Assembly: GCF_963921235.1 (NCBI RefSeq)
Contig: NC_086108.1
Location: 22,134,001-22,198,000 of the forward strand
Direction of reading: 5' to 3'
Length of the DNA stretch: 64,000 nucleotides
From: Mobula hypostoma
Taxonomy: Eukaryota
Under the pieces are notes generated by a model that worked only from the letters and a program-made list of their open reading frames with translations, made no database searches and had not been told where the DNA came from. Made by a program: the position numbers and the translations under genes. Shown piece after piece: positions 38,816 to 53,935 of the stretch (positions within the stretch are counted from its first letter, which is position 1; every line of letters begins with the position of its first letter).

Positions 38816-39885
38816 GTAAGGAACTGTCATTTGGGAAGGAAGTGAAGGGAAACTGAATGTAAATATTTTTTTTCAAAGAAGATGTCAGATTTCTGAATTA
38901 TCTGGTCTGTTAATAGTACCAGTTAAATTCCAATAATCCACTATTCATCAATTTGAAAATCTGCATAGTCTGGCATCTGCTTCACCCAGTGATGTTTTGC
39001 GCTCCCTTTTACACTCCAGGAGGTCCCTGTTTCTGTAATCTCCATCATTGGGACCCAGGTTTGCATTCTTCTTTTTCCACTCATGGGGCTTTGGTTCCCA
39101 TACTTATCAATGCTCATTGAGGCCCCACTTCCCATTTCTCCATTTTACTCTGTAGGGTCCTGGTTTTAAGCCTCCCTTTTACACTCATTGGGACTCCTGT
39201 TCCTGCATTTCCTTTGAACCTTTCTGGTTCACTGAAAAAACTATTGTCACACTGTGTAACATTGAGAAAAATGAATTAATAGGCTGTTGGCATATTATAG
39301 AAATAACATCGAATAATCCAGAAAGCCTGCCAGTCTAGCACCACCAAAGTACAAAGTGTGCCAGCTTATCAGTCTTATTGATTTATCTATGCTACAAATT
39401 AATGGGACAATAGGGAGGCTATTCAGCAATCCTTGTTCATTCATGTACCTGTCTCTTGAGCTTTCTGTGGCCCTTAATTATTTCTGCCAAATTCAGTCAT
39501 CTAGAAATCCATTGCACATCTTGTGTGACAAAATCTTCCTTTTTTTCTCTTTAGCAGTTTGAATTTTTATCTGTTATGTTTATGTTTCTACATTCTGTTT
39601 TCCCATCAGTGCTGAATTTGTATTTATCTTTCTCTTTCTTGCACCTACTCCGACAGAAATATTTTGTTAGTTAATTATTTTATGGAGAATTTTGGAATGT
39701 GAAGGTAGCCAGAAGATGATCTCAAACCCAGTATGAATAAATATAAGCACTATAATTCTGATATAGCATCCAGAAAATTAGGAATATCCATGATGGATGA
39801 GAGGAAGCTAAAGTCTGTGCAGGCCAAATACCAGTTCGTCTGCCACATGACTCATCTATTTTTCTTAACTTTGTTTTTTTTTCAG

Positions 39886-40122
39886 TGTGTTTCCACGGGA
39901 ACTTAAAGAAGTCTTTGCCTCGTGGAAGCAGCAATGTTTAATCCGTGGGAAGCACGAAACCAGCGAGCGCCTAATCAGTGCCTCACTCTTCCTACGTTTC
40001 CTCTGTCCTGCAATCATGTCACCCAGCCTCTTTGGCCTGATGCAGGAGTATCCAGATGATCGAACTTCTCGCACCCTCACCCTCATTGCCAAAGTCATCC
40101 AGAATCTTGCCAATTTTACCAA
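39886..40122 (+). CDS. RASAL2: RASAL2 exon, RasGAP domain (FLR motif), 237 bp
   Basis: tttttttcag|TGTG...ACCAA|gtacgt; [17 protein letters not shown]...[23 protein letters not shown]...[13 protein letters not shown](K); RasGAP signature. Confidence 0.97.
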
Positions 40123-40601
40123 GTACGTTATGCAGTGCCATGTGTGCTGAATTGATCTCATTGCTTGAGTTGTTATGTGAGTCAAGGTTAATTATTTGTT
40201 TTGTATTGAAATTTCATCTGTATTATGAATTCTGATAGCCCTAATTTGTATTTTGTAATTCTTGAAAGTCTAAATTAATATCTGAGAGTGAATAATTTAA
40301 TCATGGGGATCAGCAGTTTATAGTGAGCTTTAGAGAAAGTAATTCTAAAGACAAGTAAAGAAGTGTGTTGACTATGGTTACGAGTCCATTCAGCATTCTG
40401 ATTTGCTGAATATGAGGGTGCAGGATGCTAAATCTACAACTTCATGTATGTCTGGTAGCTAGAGATAGTCTGTTAAGAACTAATTTTAGTTGGAGACAAT
40501 GTTCTGCAGGCTACACTGATAACAAATGTTTAACCCATACATCATTTCCCACTGTGACAGTCAGCACTTCATCTTTCAATCACTTCCACTGATTTCCATA
40601 G

Positions 40602-40803
40602 GTTTGGGAACAAAGAAGAATACATGGCGTTTATGAATGATTTTTTGGAACATGAATGGAGTGGGATGAAACGTTTTCTGGTGGAAATCTCAAACCTAGA
40701 CACAATATCTAACACGCCAGGCTTTGAAGGATATATTGACCTTGGTCGTGAGCTCTCTGTCCTGCACTCATTGCTCTGGGAAGTGGTGTCACAACTTGAT
40801 AAG
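40602..40803 (+). CDS. RASAL2: RASAL2 exon, end of RasGAP domain, 202 bp
   Basis: atttccatag|GTTTGGG...GATAAG|gtattt; (K)[19 protein letters not shown]...[25 protein letters not shown]; phase 2-0. Confidence 0.96.
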
Positions 40804-41975
40804 GTATTTGAATTGACTATTTAGTATTGTAGTTGAGGCACAATATTAAGCATTTTAATAGTCTGATATTTTTAATCTTATGCATGTTTTATTTTTGCAC
40901 ATTTTAATACTTTACTGCTTTAACATTTTAAACTTCACTTTTCTGATTAATGCTGAAATAATGAGGCTAGCATTTTTATTTCAGAAGGCCAGAAAACATT
41001 ATTCATTGATGTTTCTATTTGAGAGACTTGTGTTGTATGGAATAGTGAGGTATAGTTGGAGAAGTGATGCTGTGGAGCTAATATGAGCTGTGATGACTTA
41101 GGGGGGCAAACATGAGATGCATCCCAGAGAAATAATGCAAGCTAAGGAGTTTTTCTCTCAACAGAATCTATAAAATCAAGGAGTTGGCATAATGGTTGTT
41201 AATTTAGAAGAGAAGTTAGTAATCTTGTAGTTACTGAAAATGGATTATGCTTTTTGTTGGTTAGGAATGATAATGTATTTGGTAATTAAATTGAAACAAA
41301 TTTTTTTGGTCTGGCTGAACTTCTCTCAAGTTACTTCAGCAAAATTTTAGAAGAAGAATGGTTTTAAAAACTAGCTCTACAATTGATTGAAGGTGCAAAA
41401 GACTCCAGGTGCTGTGCCCTAAAGAACAAATCACTGGAGGAGCACAGCAGATCAGGAAGCAATTGATTGTCGTCATTGCAGATCAAGACCTTGCATTAGG
41501 ATTGAGGGTGTAGAGTGGATATAGCCAAGGTAAAGAAGTGAAAGGGAGGAGCAAGGCATGGGCTTATTGATGTAGCTGGATCCAGGTAGGGAGGGGGACG
41601 ATGGAAAGATAGAGCTAGGTAGGGGAGGAGAAGGGAGGAGTTGGGAGACACTGACTGGTGGTGATAGGCAGAGATAAAGAAAATCGGGCAAGGGAGAACA
41701 AAGAGCTGATGGAGCCAGGTGAGAAGAGAGGATGATGGTAGAGACAGAGTTTGGAAGGTAATACACATATACAAGAAACTGTATGTGCTGAGATGTGATG
41801 GAACCAGTTGAGATTCAATAGATAAAGTGTGTGGGTGACAAGTAGATAGAACCAAATGGGAGAGGAAATCAAAACTGTATGACCAGGAAGGTCACTGGAG
41901 AATGTGTGTGGATCAGAAGCAGAGAGAAAGGAGGAGATGGAATGTGGACTTTCTGAAACTGGAAAATTCAATGTA

Positions 41976-43589
<1,614 letters not shown>

Positions 43590-44790
43590 TACGTGCCATT
43601 GGGATGCAGACTCCAAGTTGAGTTAGAAACTGCAATTGATTTCCAGTTTTAAGAAGGCCACAGGATAGGACATTTGGTCGTTCATCTGTTGTACAGATGC
43701 AGTGTCAATTTTATTGCTCCTCATTCCCCTCTCCCACTTCCTTTCCAATTCACTGCTCCTCCCATTAGAGAATTGAAATCCAGTGTTGATGGTGCTCGTG
43801 AAACATGCTGCTGGAACTTGAGTCTCATTTTGCAATCACTGATTCCCCTTCGTTGGCTCAAATCAACATCTGTTTATTTTATCTCTAATGTTTGCAGTAA
43901 GAATCAGAACTCTTAACCTAGTGTGTATAATAGATATTAGAGCATCTAGAATCATGTATTGCCATGACAGATTGCTTTTCAATAATAATAATGACTAAGA
44001 TTGGACTTCAAGTACGACTTATTAGTTGCTGATTAATGTCCAGTTATTGATGTTGCTAGGATCCTTTGACATTATTAATCAGATGTGTGTCATTATATAA
44101 AACAGCTGAATTCAAAGTGATCTTCAGGACACCACTTCTGTTAGTGAGCAGAATTGTATAGTGCTTCAGAATACAGGTCTGGAATACATAAGGTGACATT
44201 TCACTGAGCTCCCAAGACATTACTGAACAGCCCAGAGAATGGCCATCAATCACTGTCGCCGTAAGTGGCCAGTGCACTCTTCTGTGTGAAGGGCAAAATG
44301 GAATCAAATAATGTTTGAGCCACAAATAAAATCATGTTGTGCACAGCAGGGGCTCAGAGAAACATGGTTTTTGAGTGAGGGACATGTGTCACAATTATTT
44401 GTAATTTCTAATGGTTCTTAATGTGTGGACATTCATAGAGTAATGCATATACAACATGGGAACAGACCCTTCAGCCTAATGCATCCATCCGAACAGTAGT
44501 CTTCACCAAATTAGTTAGATTCACCATATCCTCTAAACCCCTCTTCTCCATGTGAAGGTGTTTGGAATTTTGTTATTGTAATTACTTCAACCACTTTCTG
44601 TGGAAGCTCATTCCATATATTCACCACCTTCTGTGTGAAGAAATTTCCCCTCAGATTCCTTTTAAATCTTTCACTCTTCACCTTAAACCTATGCACTCTT
44701 TAATTCCTCTTCCCAGGTGAAAGACTGTGTGTGTCACCTTATCAATACCCCTTGTGATTTTATACATCACTTTGTTTCTGCAGTGGTCAC

Positions 44791-45624
44791 TGTTACGTAC
44801 CCCGTAACTGGGTTGCCAAACCAGCAGAAATGGACCACTTAGTTGGAGTCTGGTTTAACAGAAGCTAATAAAGTTTTATTAAAGAAATAAGTAACACAGT
44901 ACTCTAATCGTAAGGATATAAATGCAACAGGTTAGCAATGATAAAACACACATGTACACAGAACTAGGGTAATAGGGAACAACCAAGCTCTGTCGCAGTC
45001 TAGGGGTAAAATGATCAGACTCAAGTGACGCAGAGTTCAGTTCAGCTTAGTACAGTTCGCAGTAATCGCTGTTGTGCCGTTGGAGAGAGAGAGAGAATGC
45101 AAATTTTGATTCAGACAGACCTTAGATGTTCTTCGCAGTTAGCTTTCGGGCGGACCCTTTTTTCTGTCTTCTGTGGTCACCGACTGTGACCCCTCCGTTC
45201 CGGATACGACCGTTCTTCCGCGGTGAACCTGGCACCCAGGCAAGGGCAGACACACACACCAGGTTCCCGCTGATCGTACCTTTTCACCCTGTGCGTCAAT
45301 GGTCGGTTCCCGCGACTAGACCTCCAAACTCTCACCAACTTGTGGGGGCACACTGCTCTTCCAGGGTCTCGTTATCTCATGATCTCGTAGTGTGTGTCGT
45401 GCCTTAGCGAACCTGTTCTTTTTATCCCCCTGCTGGGGTATCGCCTGTCCATCAAACTTCAAACAGTTCAGGTTCAAAGCAACCGGCCTGTCAATATTCT
45501 GAAATGTGTTTCTTTCTCGTTAATCTCTCTCTTCTCTCTTATTAGCATTTTGAATGTTTCTCCATTGTCTCACTTATCTCTTCTCATCAGCATCAATCTT
45601 CTGATAACTTGGTTTGTCGTCACA
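44791..45624 (-). mobile_element. Solo LTR (probably Gypsy), 834 bp
   Basis: Termini TGTTACG...CGTCACA (imperfect inverted repeat); flanks tcac/tctc; minus-strand TATA-like GATAAAAA near 45420-45427 upstream of AATAAA at 44875-44880. Confidence 0.7.
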
Positions 45625-46664
45625 TCTCTCACACCAATACTGTTATGACTGATATATTTGCAACAGGAAAATGGGTGGGGATGATGTCCCATCCCTCGCA
45701 TTAAATTGCTTACCATAATCTCTTGCCTGTGTTTGATTTTAACATCCTCATCTATATTTTAAATCTCTCTTTGATTTCACCTCTACCCAACTTGGTAATT
45801 TGTGTCATAAGAACACAAGAAAATGGAGGAAGGAGCAGATCTGACCCTTCAAGCCTGCCTTATCATAGGATTGTAAAGCACAGAAATGGGCCCTTCAACC
45901 CATCATATTCTTGCCTTTGCCCCCTACATTAATTTTACGTGGCCTTGTTAGGTCTGTATCCTGTCTATTTTGCCTGTTTAAGTGCCTATCTTAATGTCTA
46001 TTAAACAGAGTGGTTATATCTGATTCTACACCTCCTCTTGCAATGAGTTCCAAATGTCAACCACTGTCTGTGTAAAAAAAGAAACATTCTCACAGATCTC
46101 CTCTAAAACTCCTTTCTCTTACAATACATCTACCTTCTTGTTTTTGATACCCCTACCATGGGAAAAAGATTCTGATTATCGACCTGCTCTATTCCTCTTA
46201 TAATTCTACATATAGAATCATAGAGAAGCACAGCACAAAAGCAGGCCCTTCTGTCTATCTAGTCCATGCTAAGCAATTATTCTGCCTAGTCTCATCAACT
46301 TGGTCCTGGACCATAGCCCTCCATACCCCTCCCTTCCATGTATTTATCCAGACTTCTCTTCAACTTGAAATCAAACTCGAATCCACCACTTCCACTGGTA
46401 GCTCATTCCACACTCTTACCACCTTGAACAAAGACGTTCCATGTTATGTTTCCCTTAAACATTTAAGATTTCATCCTTGGCTCATGACCTCTAGTTTTGG
46501 TCTCACCTAACTTCAGTAGAAAAAGCCTGCTTGCATTTACCCTATCTGGACTCAAAAGAAGTTTATACATTCTCCCCATGACTGTGTGGGTTTCCTCCAG
46601 GTACTCCAGTTTCCTTGAATGGGCCGGGGACATACTGGTTACATTGGTCATTGTAAATTGGCCT

Positions 46665-48540
46665 GTGATAACACCCGCTGATAACAACCAGGACATCTCA
46701 GTTCTCAACTCTGCCACAATCTCTTCTACCACTCCTTGGGGCAGGCTATCTGTGGTCACCTCACCGCAGGGGACCACTGCTGAGGACTGTACCCTGCTGA
46801 CAGAGATCTCCAATGCCTCTGACGCATTCTCCTCCTCTCGTACTTCTCTGATCAGCTCAACAAATGAGGGAGGGGGCGAGTCTTACAAGACAGTCGGAGA
46901 CCCCAAGTAATCAGATTCTGGGACTGGGCGCCTTTCGCTATTTGGTCCAGTCTTAACTGATCAACCTCAGCAGTCTGAATGGCGCCTCTACGCCGCAAGC
47001 AATTTAGCTGCCTCTCTAGCCGAAAGATGTAGGCTGAAAGCTTCTACCCCCTTCTCCTGACATGTGTTCTGAAACCCCATCATGAGTTCCATTGGGCTTC
47101 CCTTCGCACAAAACACCTTCTCTAGTGCTTGCATGTAGGTCGCAGAAGTGGCAAGGGGGTTCTGTGCCTTTACGGCTCTCACTCAGTCAGCAGCCCGCTC
47201 ACTCAAACTTTCAACCAATCGCTGTTGCTTCATGTCATCAGAGCACTGGCGCTCATCTAACAACTGAGAGGTCTGATCCACCCAAGTCTCATCCTCCTCT
47301 TCCCTTTTAGGGGTTGGCTTCGTTCCTGAGAATAGGCGGAGCCTATGATAGGTGGGACTTTGAACCTGGCCATTTTCCCATTTATTCGCCGGAGAAGTAA
47401 GGGCAGATACTAAATCAGAATTCTCACTCTTCCCTGGAGGAGGGGGACTCATTAGACATTCCAAATCAGACCACTCCTTCCTTTTGCTAAGCAAAAATGA
47501 GAGAACCCTGTCTTTGAAGTCTCTGCACCCAGCTACAGGAGACTCGACTTGCGATTCGGCCCGCTCACCTACACTCTCCTCTTCCTGGAAAGTATAGACA
47601 GTCCATGGCCCCCCCCGCTCTCCTGGAGCCCCAGTAGTACCAGGCAGTTCCACTGCTGTTACGTCAGTGCTAGTGTGAACTAAAACAAGTTTGTGCCCGT
47701 CATTTTATCAATTCTCCATTCCACAATTATAACTTTGCCTACAGCTTTAATGGTACTTAAAACTCGAATTTGCAATTCATCCAGAGTACAAATATCCACC
47801 CCACTCAACACGTATGCATTTGTTACTGGCAACCGGGTGGATGCACACCACCACTCAAACCTGGCAGCATCCATACCTACATATCGTAATCGCTTTACCA
47901 GACAATAGTTTAGCACAGACTTAAAGACTTAAATGCTCGGGGCAATCACACAGCATCCAATGAAATCACCTCCCACAATTGTAACCCTCAGGTTCAGCTG
48001 GCAGCGTTAGTCTAGGGAAGACAGTCTCTGGCCCCATCAAACATGTGAAATCTGAGGTGCAATATCTCTTGTTTGTGTGGATGCTGTGTGATCTGTTCCC
48101 CCGTTACATATCAGTACCACAAAGTAACAGACAGTACACCATGTACAACTAAACAATTTAGCTTTATAATTCCTGATTTGACCAAAAAGTTAGTAAAGTA
48201 AAACAAAAGAAAAAGGATCCATTTTAATGAAACAGTCTAATGTGCATTAGTTCGAGTTCACGGTTTTCCTTCTGTTGGTCCTCCATCAATTTTCCTGGGC
48301 TTTGTCAACTCCCAGCTCCACTCCAAGTCCACTCCGTCCTGGTGTCTGTGGCATCTTGTCTACCCATCTTCCGCAGAACAAAAGACCCGGATCACCTCAG
48401 TCTCAGGCACACAAGAAAAAAAAACACTCCCTTCATTCAACGGCGCACATTCCAAACCCCTGTTATCTCTAGCCATAACCCAAACACTGCTGCTACAGAA
48501 AAACCATTACGTTACCAGTGAAACCTTTCCCAGGGTGTAC
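46665..48540 (-). mobile_element. Gypsy/Ty3 retrotransposon 5' part: LTR (about 47980-48540) plus decayed PNMA-type gag
   Basis: YHRLRLFSGTKPTPKREEEDETWVDQ...KQQRLVESLSERAAD and YMQALEKVF...FQNTCQEKG resemble PNMA/Ma-family capsid; LTR ends tgtaaccct...agggtgtac; stops and frameshifts present. Confidence 0.8.
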
Positions 48541-50210
48541 TCATATTTTATGCCCTTTTAACTACCCGTTGCACCTGTCTGCTAACTTTATGTAATTGTT
48601 GCATAAGAATGTCTGTGCCTCCACTCATTTGTAATCCCTCGCCATTTTAATTATAACCAACTTTTAGTTCTTCCTAACAAAGTGTGTGGCCACATTGAAT
48701 TACACTTTATAAGTTTTTGCCCATTCAATCAATCTATTTCTACCCTACACCTGGGTCACAATATTCTCATATTGTTAGAATTCCCTCTTTTGGCAAATTT
48801 ATGCTTTACCCCCACTACCACGACCCATCCTCATCTTCCAGATTATTCATATAAGTAAATAATCGAAGGCAAAGAACTAATCCCTGGGGTACTCCATTCT
48901 CCTACCCCTGAAAAAGCACTAATTCTGTTTTCTCTGTATACTGCTCATTCTAGCACATGTCCTCCAGTGCCATGAGCCCTCAATTTATGTATCAGCCTCT
49001 ATTAGTGTTTCTATTCAAAGCCTTTTGGAAATCTAAATACTGTAAACCATATCTACAGGCTCCCCTCTGTCTCCATCAAGACATGTAATTTTCTAAAGAT
49101 ATCTGCATGTTTCCACATGACCTGCTAATTGTCTGTGATTATAGTTGATACACTATTGTTACTGTGTCCTTAACTGTCCAGGTCATTTGTTCTGAATTCC
49201 CTTTGTAAATCTCTGGTTTTGTAACTCTTTTGTCTCCTTTAAGGCATTTCTTAAAATCTTTTGTGAACAAATCTTACAAGCTACTTACCATTTCTGATTG
49301 ATAGCACTACTATGAAATGCCTTGGGGAGCTTTTGCTAAGATATAGGAATTACATACATGCATCTGGCTGTTTTAACTGTTGAAGGGGTTTGGTTGGACG
49401 GCCAGTTCATTCACTGATGTTCCTGTTCAGAAATTAATTTCTTGTCTCTGCATGTTTCAGCAAAATAAAAGGAGGGCATAAAATATGTTTTAATTTTAAT
49501 CGTTTTAATTTCACTTTAAGCTTCCATATGAAGATAAATAGTTTTATTTATTTTTGGAATGGCATTAAAGTAGGATTTACTCATTTAGAGTGTTGGTGTA
49601 TTGTTTTTCTCCACATTTAGGACTTAATTTGCTCCTTGGTTTGTAGTTAGTATTGGTCAAAATTTGGAAAAAGATTGCAAGGGGATTTAGACTCTTTGGG
49701 TGAAAGAAGTAAAGATCCTGCTTGATGAGGACAAGAAAATTGAGATGATGGAATCATACCATTGTAGAAGCTAATGGGGGGAAATGGACAGGATTACCTT
49801 GTATCATGCCTGTGAAGGTGGATGACTTTAGTGTGAGAGAAATGGTGAGACAAAGAGTAGTATTTTTGTAGAAAGTCCAATGCAGACTACTTTCTTTCAT
49901 CATTTGTCTTAAGGCTGAATTTATTCTGTATTATTGTACTGTATTTTTTCTGTCTTTCTAATTAGAAGTAACAATTAACATTGTGAACATCAAACTGGCA
50001 TTTAAATTGTTTGCATGTTTATATAGTTTGGTTTTACTCTTTTTGTTAGTATCTGTTCTTTTGCCTGACCTTCACTCTGTCTGGATGGATGGAATGTTTT
50101 CTTTTAAGTTGCTTCTTTTTTAGTCATTTAAGATATTTATTTTGCATGTTTTCAATAAATGAATGCTGCAAAGTTGTGGAGCAGTTTGAAGCCACATTAA
50201 GTAACATTAG

Positions 50211-50405
50211 TTTTGTTTCTAATTTCTTTATGTCCCCTTTCTCTCTTCTTCCCTTCCATTCATCCCTGCATCATTTTGTTCCCTCCCTCCTTCCCTCAAT
50301 CATCATGGTTATGTTGTTCGGAACATCTGCATTCTGGTCTGTTCACATCAATCGCCATCCTCCACCAAATAAATTGTGGGCTTTTCCGTGGTACTGTCCA
50401 ACCAG
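50211..50405 (+). promoter_or_regulatory. AG-exclusion zone with putative distant branch point and polypyrimidine tract
   Basis: No AG dinucleotide in 50211-50403; TTCTAAT at 50217-50223 followed by about 80 nt of pyrimidine-rich sequence; eight YCAY tetramers in 50256-50365. Confidence 0.65.
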
Positions 50406-50608
50406 GGTGAAAATTCATTTCTACAGGCAACAGTAGCGAAGCTCGGTCCTCTCCCACGCATACTCAGCGATATCACCAAATCACTAGCTAGCCCCACACC
50501 AATTCAGCAGCAGGTGCGGCGATTTGGGGAGAACCTCAGCTCATCCCCAAATGTGAGTGGCAGTGTATCATCTGGGCTGCAGCGGATATTCGAGGATCCA
50601 GCTGACAG
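50406..50608 (+). CDS. RASAL2: RASAL2 exon after the GAP domain; two in-frame acceptors (start 50406 or 50427)
   Basis: accag|GGTGAAAATTCATTTCTACAG|GCAACA...GACAG|gtagga; [GENSFLQ][60 protein letters not shown](S). Confidence 0.93.
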
Positions 50609-51982
50609 GTAGGATATTTTTGCCAAATTTTCTCACATTCACCTCTATGTTGTCTGTTGTGTGGCTGCCCTGGTTGAAAAAGGGTCTTTTATAAACTCTT
50701 CGTTTCTCTCCTTCCCTTGGACTAGTCCGTGAGTGAACTCATTACTGCTGAAATGGACTGTAGAAGTCTGCTTGCCCTAATTCTGAACACTATTTCAAAC
50801 TGTGTCAAAATTCAATTGGAGGTTGAGGACCAGAAGCAAGGGGATTTTTAGAATGAAGTTTAGAATTAGTTGTCTAAATCAAGGTATTTTGTCTTCAAAG
50901 AAAGGGATTGGAGAGACAGAGAATTTTGGACCTTTTTCTATTTTTTTCTCTCACACCAAAGCTGAGCTGCTGTTAATGAATGTAAATTCACCAGTATGTT
51001 GCTTTCAATGGAGGAGAGATTGGGAAGGCTGTGTTTCTCCTCATTGAAACATAAGAAGTTGAGGGTGACCCCATTAAGATTTATAAAATTATGGTGGGCA
51101 TTGATAGGATAGTTAGTATGAGTCGCTTGAGGTTATATGTTCTAAGTGAAAGGGAAGAAGTTTAAAAGAAATCTCAGAGGCTTTGTGGAATGAGGATGTG
51201 ATCGAGGTGGATACAATTATGGTCTTTAAAAGGCATTAGGATGGAGATGTCGATAGGAAGAGTCGAGAGATATGGGCCTAATGGGAGCAAGTAGGATTAG
51301 CATGGATAGGCACTGCAGTCAGCATGGATGAATTGGGCCTAAGGGCCCATTTCTGTACTGAACAACTCAATGATTCCAAATTACTACTTCTGTCGATTGA
51401 AACAATTGTTTCTCCATACCTGCTGCAATTGTTGCGCCCAGGTTTGCACAAAATTTCAACATACTTATATGTTAACATTGCAATTCTCTCTGTGCTGATA
51501 CATTGCAGCATTTTCTGTTGATGCTTATAGTGAGGTCAGAGCTTTTCAGTCATGAATTTCAGCTCCATGCTACCCTTTGGTTCAAAGAAATCTTCAACAT
51601 CCTGGTAAGCATTCAATCTGTTGAATTAAATCTCTGGCTCCCAGTGATGGAATATTCTCCTGAGGGTGATGGGTCCTTTCCACAGTGTCCTGGCCCAGGG
51701 TACATGGGGGAATGACATTGATAGGATTGCTCTGAGAGCCAGCATACTCCCAGTGAGCCAAATGACCTCTTTCCTTTGTCACAAGGGAAATGAAATATGA
51801 AACCTTTCATGAGGGAATCTGTTGTCATCTTCCCCTTTTCCACTTTGACTCATATCTCCTCCTAAATGTGCATTCCTTCAATAGCTGGGATTATGTGTAG
51901 GTTGAACATTGTCCTTCTCATATTCTGTGCCTCATCCAATAAAGGCAAATGCAACCTGCACCATTTTAACCATCTTGCCAAA

Positions 51983-52528
51983 ACTCAGTGGCTATGTTAT
52001 TAGGAACACCTGTATACCTGTTCATTAATGCAAATATCTAATCAGCCAATCATTTGGCAATAATTCAGTGTATAAAAGCATGCAGGCACAGTCAAGAGGT
52101 TCAGCTGTTATTCAGACCAAACATCAGAATGGGGAAGAAATGTGATCTGTGATTTTGACCATGGAGTGCTGGTGCCAGATGGGGTGGTTTGGTTATCTCA
52201 GAAACTGGTGATCACCTGGGATTTTCACACACAACAGTCTTTAGAGTTTACAGAGAATGGTGTGAAAACAAAAAAGAAGTCCAGTGAGTGGCAGTTCTGT
52301 GAGCAAAAATGCCTTGTTAATGAGAGAGATCAGAGGAGAATGGCTAGACTGGTTCAAGCTGTCAAGAAGGTGACAGTGACTCAGATGACCATCCATTACA
52401 ACAATGGTCTGCAGAAGAGCATCTCTGAATAGATAACACATTGAACCTTGAAATGGAAATGGATGGGCTACAGGAGCAGGAGATCACTCCGGGTTCCACT
52501 ACTGTACCTAATAAATTGGTCACTGAAT
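51983..52528 (+). mobile_element. Tc1-derived non-autonomous element
   Basis: actcagtggctatgttattagg ... cctaataaattggtcactga; body matches the 15395 copy. Confidence 0.8.
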
Positions 52529-53935
52529 ATACCTCCGTTGGGATCTCTAGTGAGTTTTATTGAGAAGCTGGATAGCTGCAGGAAAGAAACTTCGGAGGTG
52601 ACGTGTGGTCCTGGTAGTGATGGAATTGTAGCATTGCCCTGATGGCAATTTGGTGAATAGATGACTGCTAGGATGAGTGGAGTCAGCAGTAATTTTACCA
52701 GCTCTTTTCTTCATTCTGGCAATGAACAGGTCTTTTAATTTTGGTCGCTGACAGCCAACGAGCTAACCTGGCGAGCTGACAGTATCTGTCCGCAGATTAT
52801 GAACTTCCTGACAGGAAGGCTGGGCTCCTACTTGTCTGAGTCAATGTCTATAAGCACTTTATTTCACTTTATACAAATGACTGCCTCCACAGACAAATCC
52901 AGATGACATGACTGTAATTGGTCTCATCTCTAATAGTGATGTGACTTGCTATCAAAGAGAGGTAGACCGTCTTGCAGCATGGTGTACCTGTAACAACTTG
53001 GAGCTTAATGCTATCAAGACAGTGGAAAAATGGATTGACTTCCGTTGACAACCCCCTACCTGCACCCCCTTCAGAAATTAATGGTTAGGCTGTGTCTGTG
53101 GTCGGGTCATTCAAATTCATGTGAAGTACCGTTACCAATACATTGAAATGGAACAAGTACATTATGCTCTTCCTACACCACCTTAGAAACTTAACCTCAG
53201 GGAATTTTTACTCAGCCATTACGTATTCCTGAAACCAATATTGCCAACCCTCCCTTTTTAAGTCAATAGCTAGCAACATCACACTGCTATCCTGCCTGCT
53301 GTAAGGTTCTTTTCAGTGATTGTGGTATCATTATACATTGATTTTGCACGGAGTACTTAACCTCCTGTTATACTTGTCCTAATTCCTTGAAATACAGAAT
53401 TGTGAAGCACTCATCTGTTACATTGTTTTCCATTGTTTATTTCCTTGGCAAACTTCTTTTGCTAATTTCTTGTTTTCACAATCAGCTTTGCCTTTCTCGC
53501 TCCTGTTTCTCTGTCCACAAGCACCTCCCTCCATGCCAAACTATTTAAATTCTCTCCAATTAGACTCTCAAATCTTCTTGCACTGATGTCAAACCTTCTG
53601 GCTAGCACTGGTCGCACCTCCCAGAAAACTAAACTCCAGGCTTCCCTCCTGCACTATTTATTTGCACACTCTTCATCACATCTCCTTAACAGTTATCTGA
53701 GATTCATCTTTTTAATGATCTTCCATAATTCTTTATGCTCTGTGAAAGTAGCAGAGCTCAGCAAACTGGTCAACTAGCATGGCACCCTGATCAGTGAATA
53801 ACCAACACTATCTAGTATAAGAGAATTGAAGAGCTGGGTAGAGAATAAATATATTAATAAATGTTAATAAATGTTTGGAGAGAGATTTTTTTAAAGAAGT
53901 GTAAATATGCAAGCAAAAATACATTTTTATTTCAG

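Noticed and set aside
47950..47979. Primer-binding site next to the Gypsy LTR
   Set aside because: Too degenerate to assign to a tRNA.
48542..49487. Exact 15-bp inverted repeat (catattttatgccct / agggcataaaatatg) about 930 bp apart
   Set aside because: AT-rich, no target duplication or other element hallmarks seen; could be chance.
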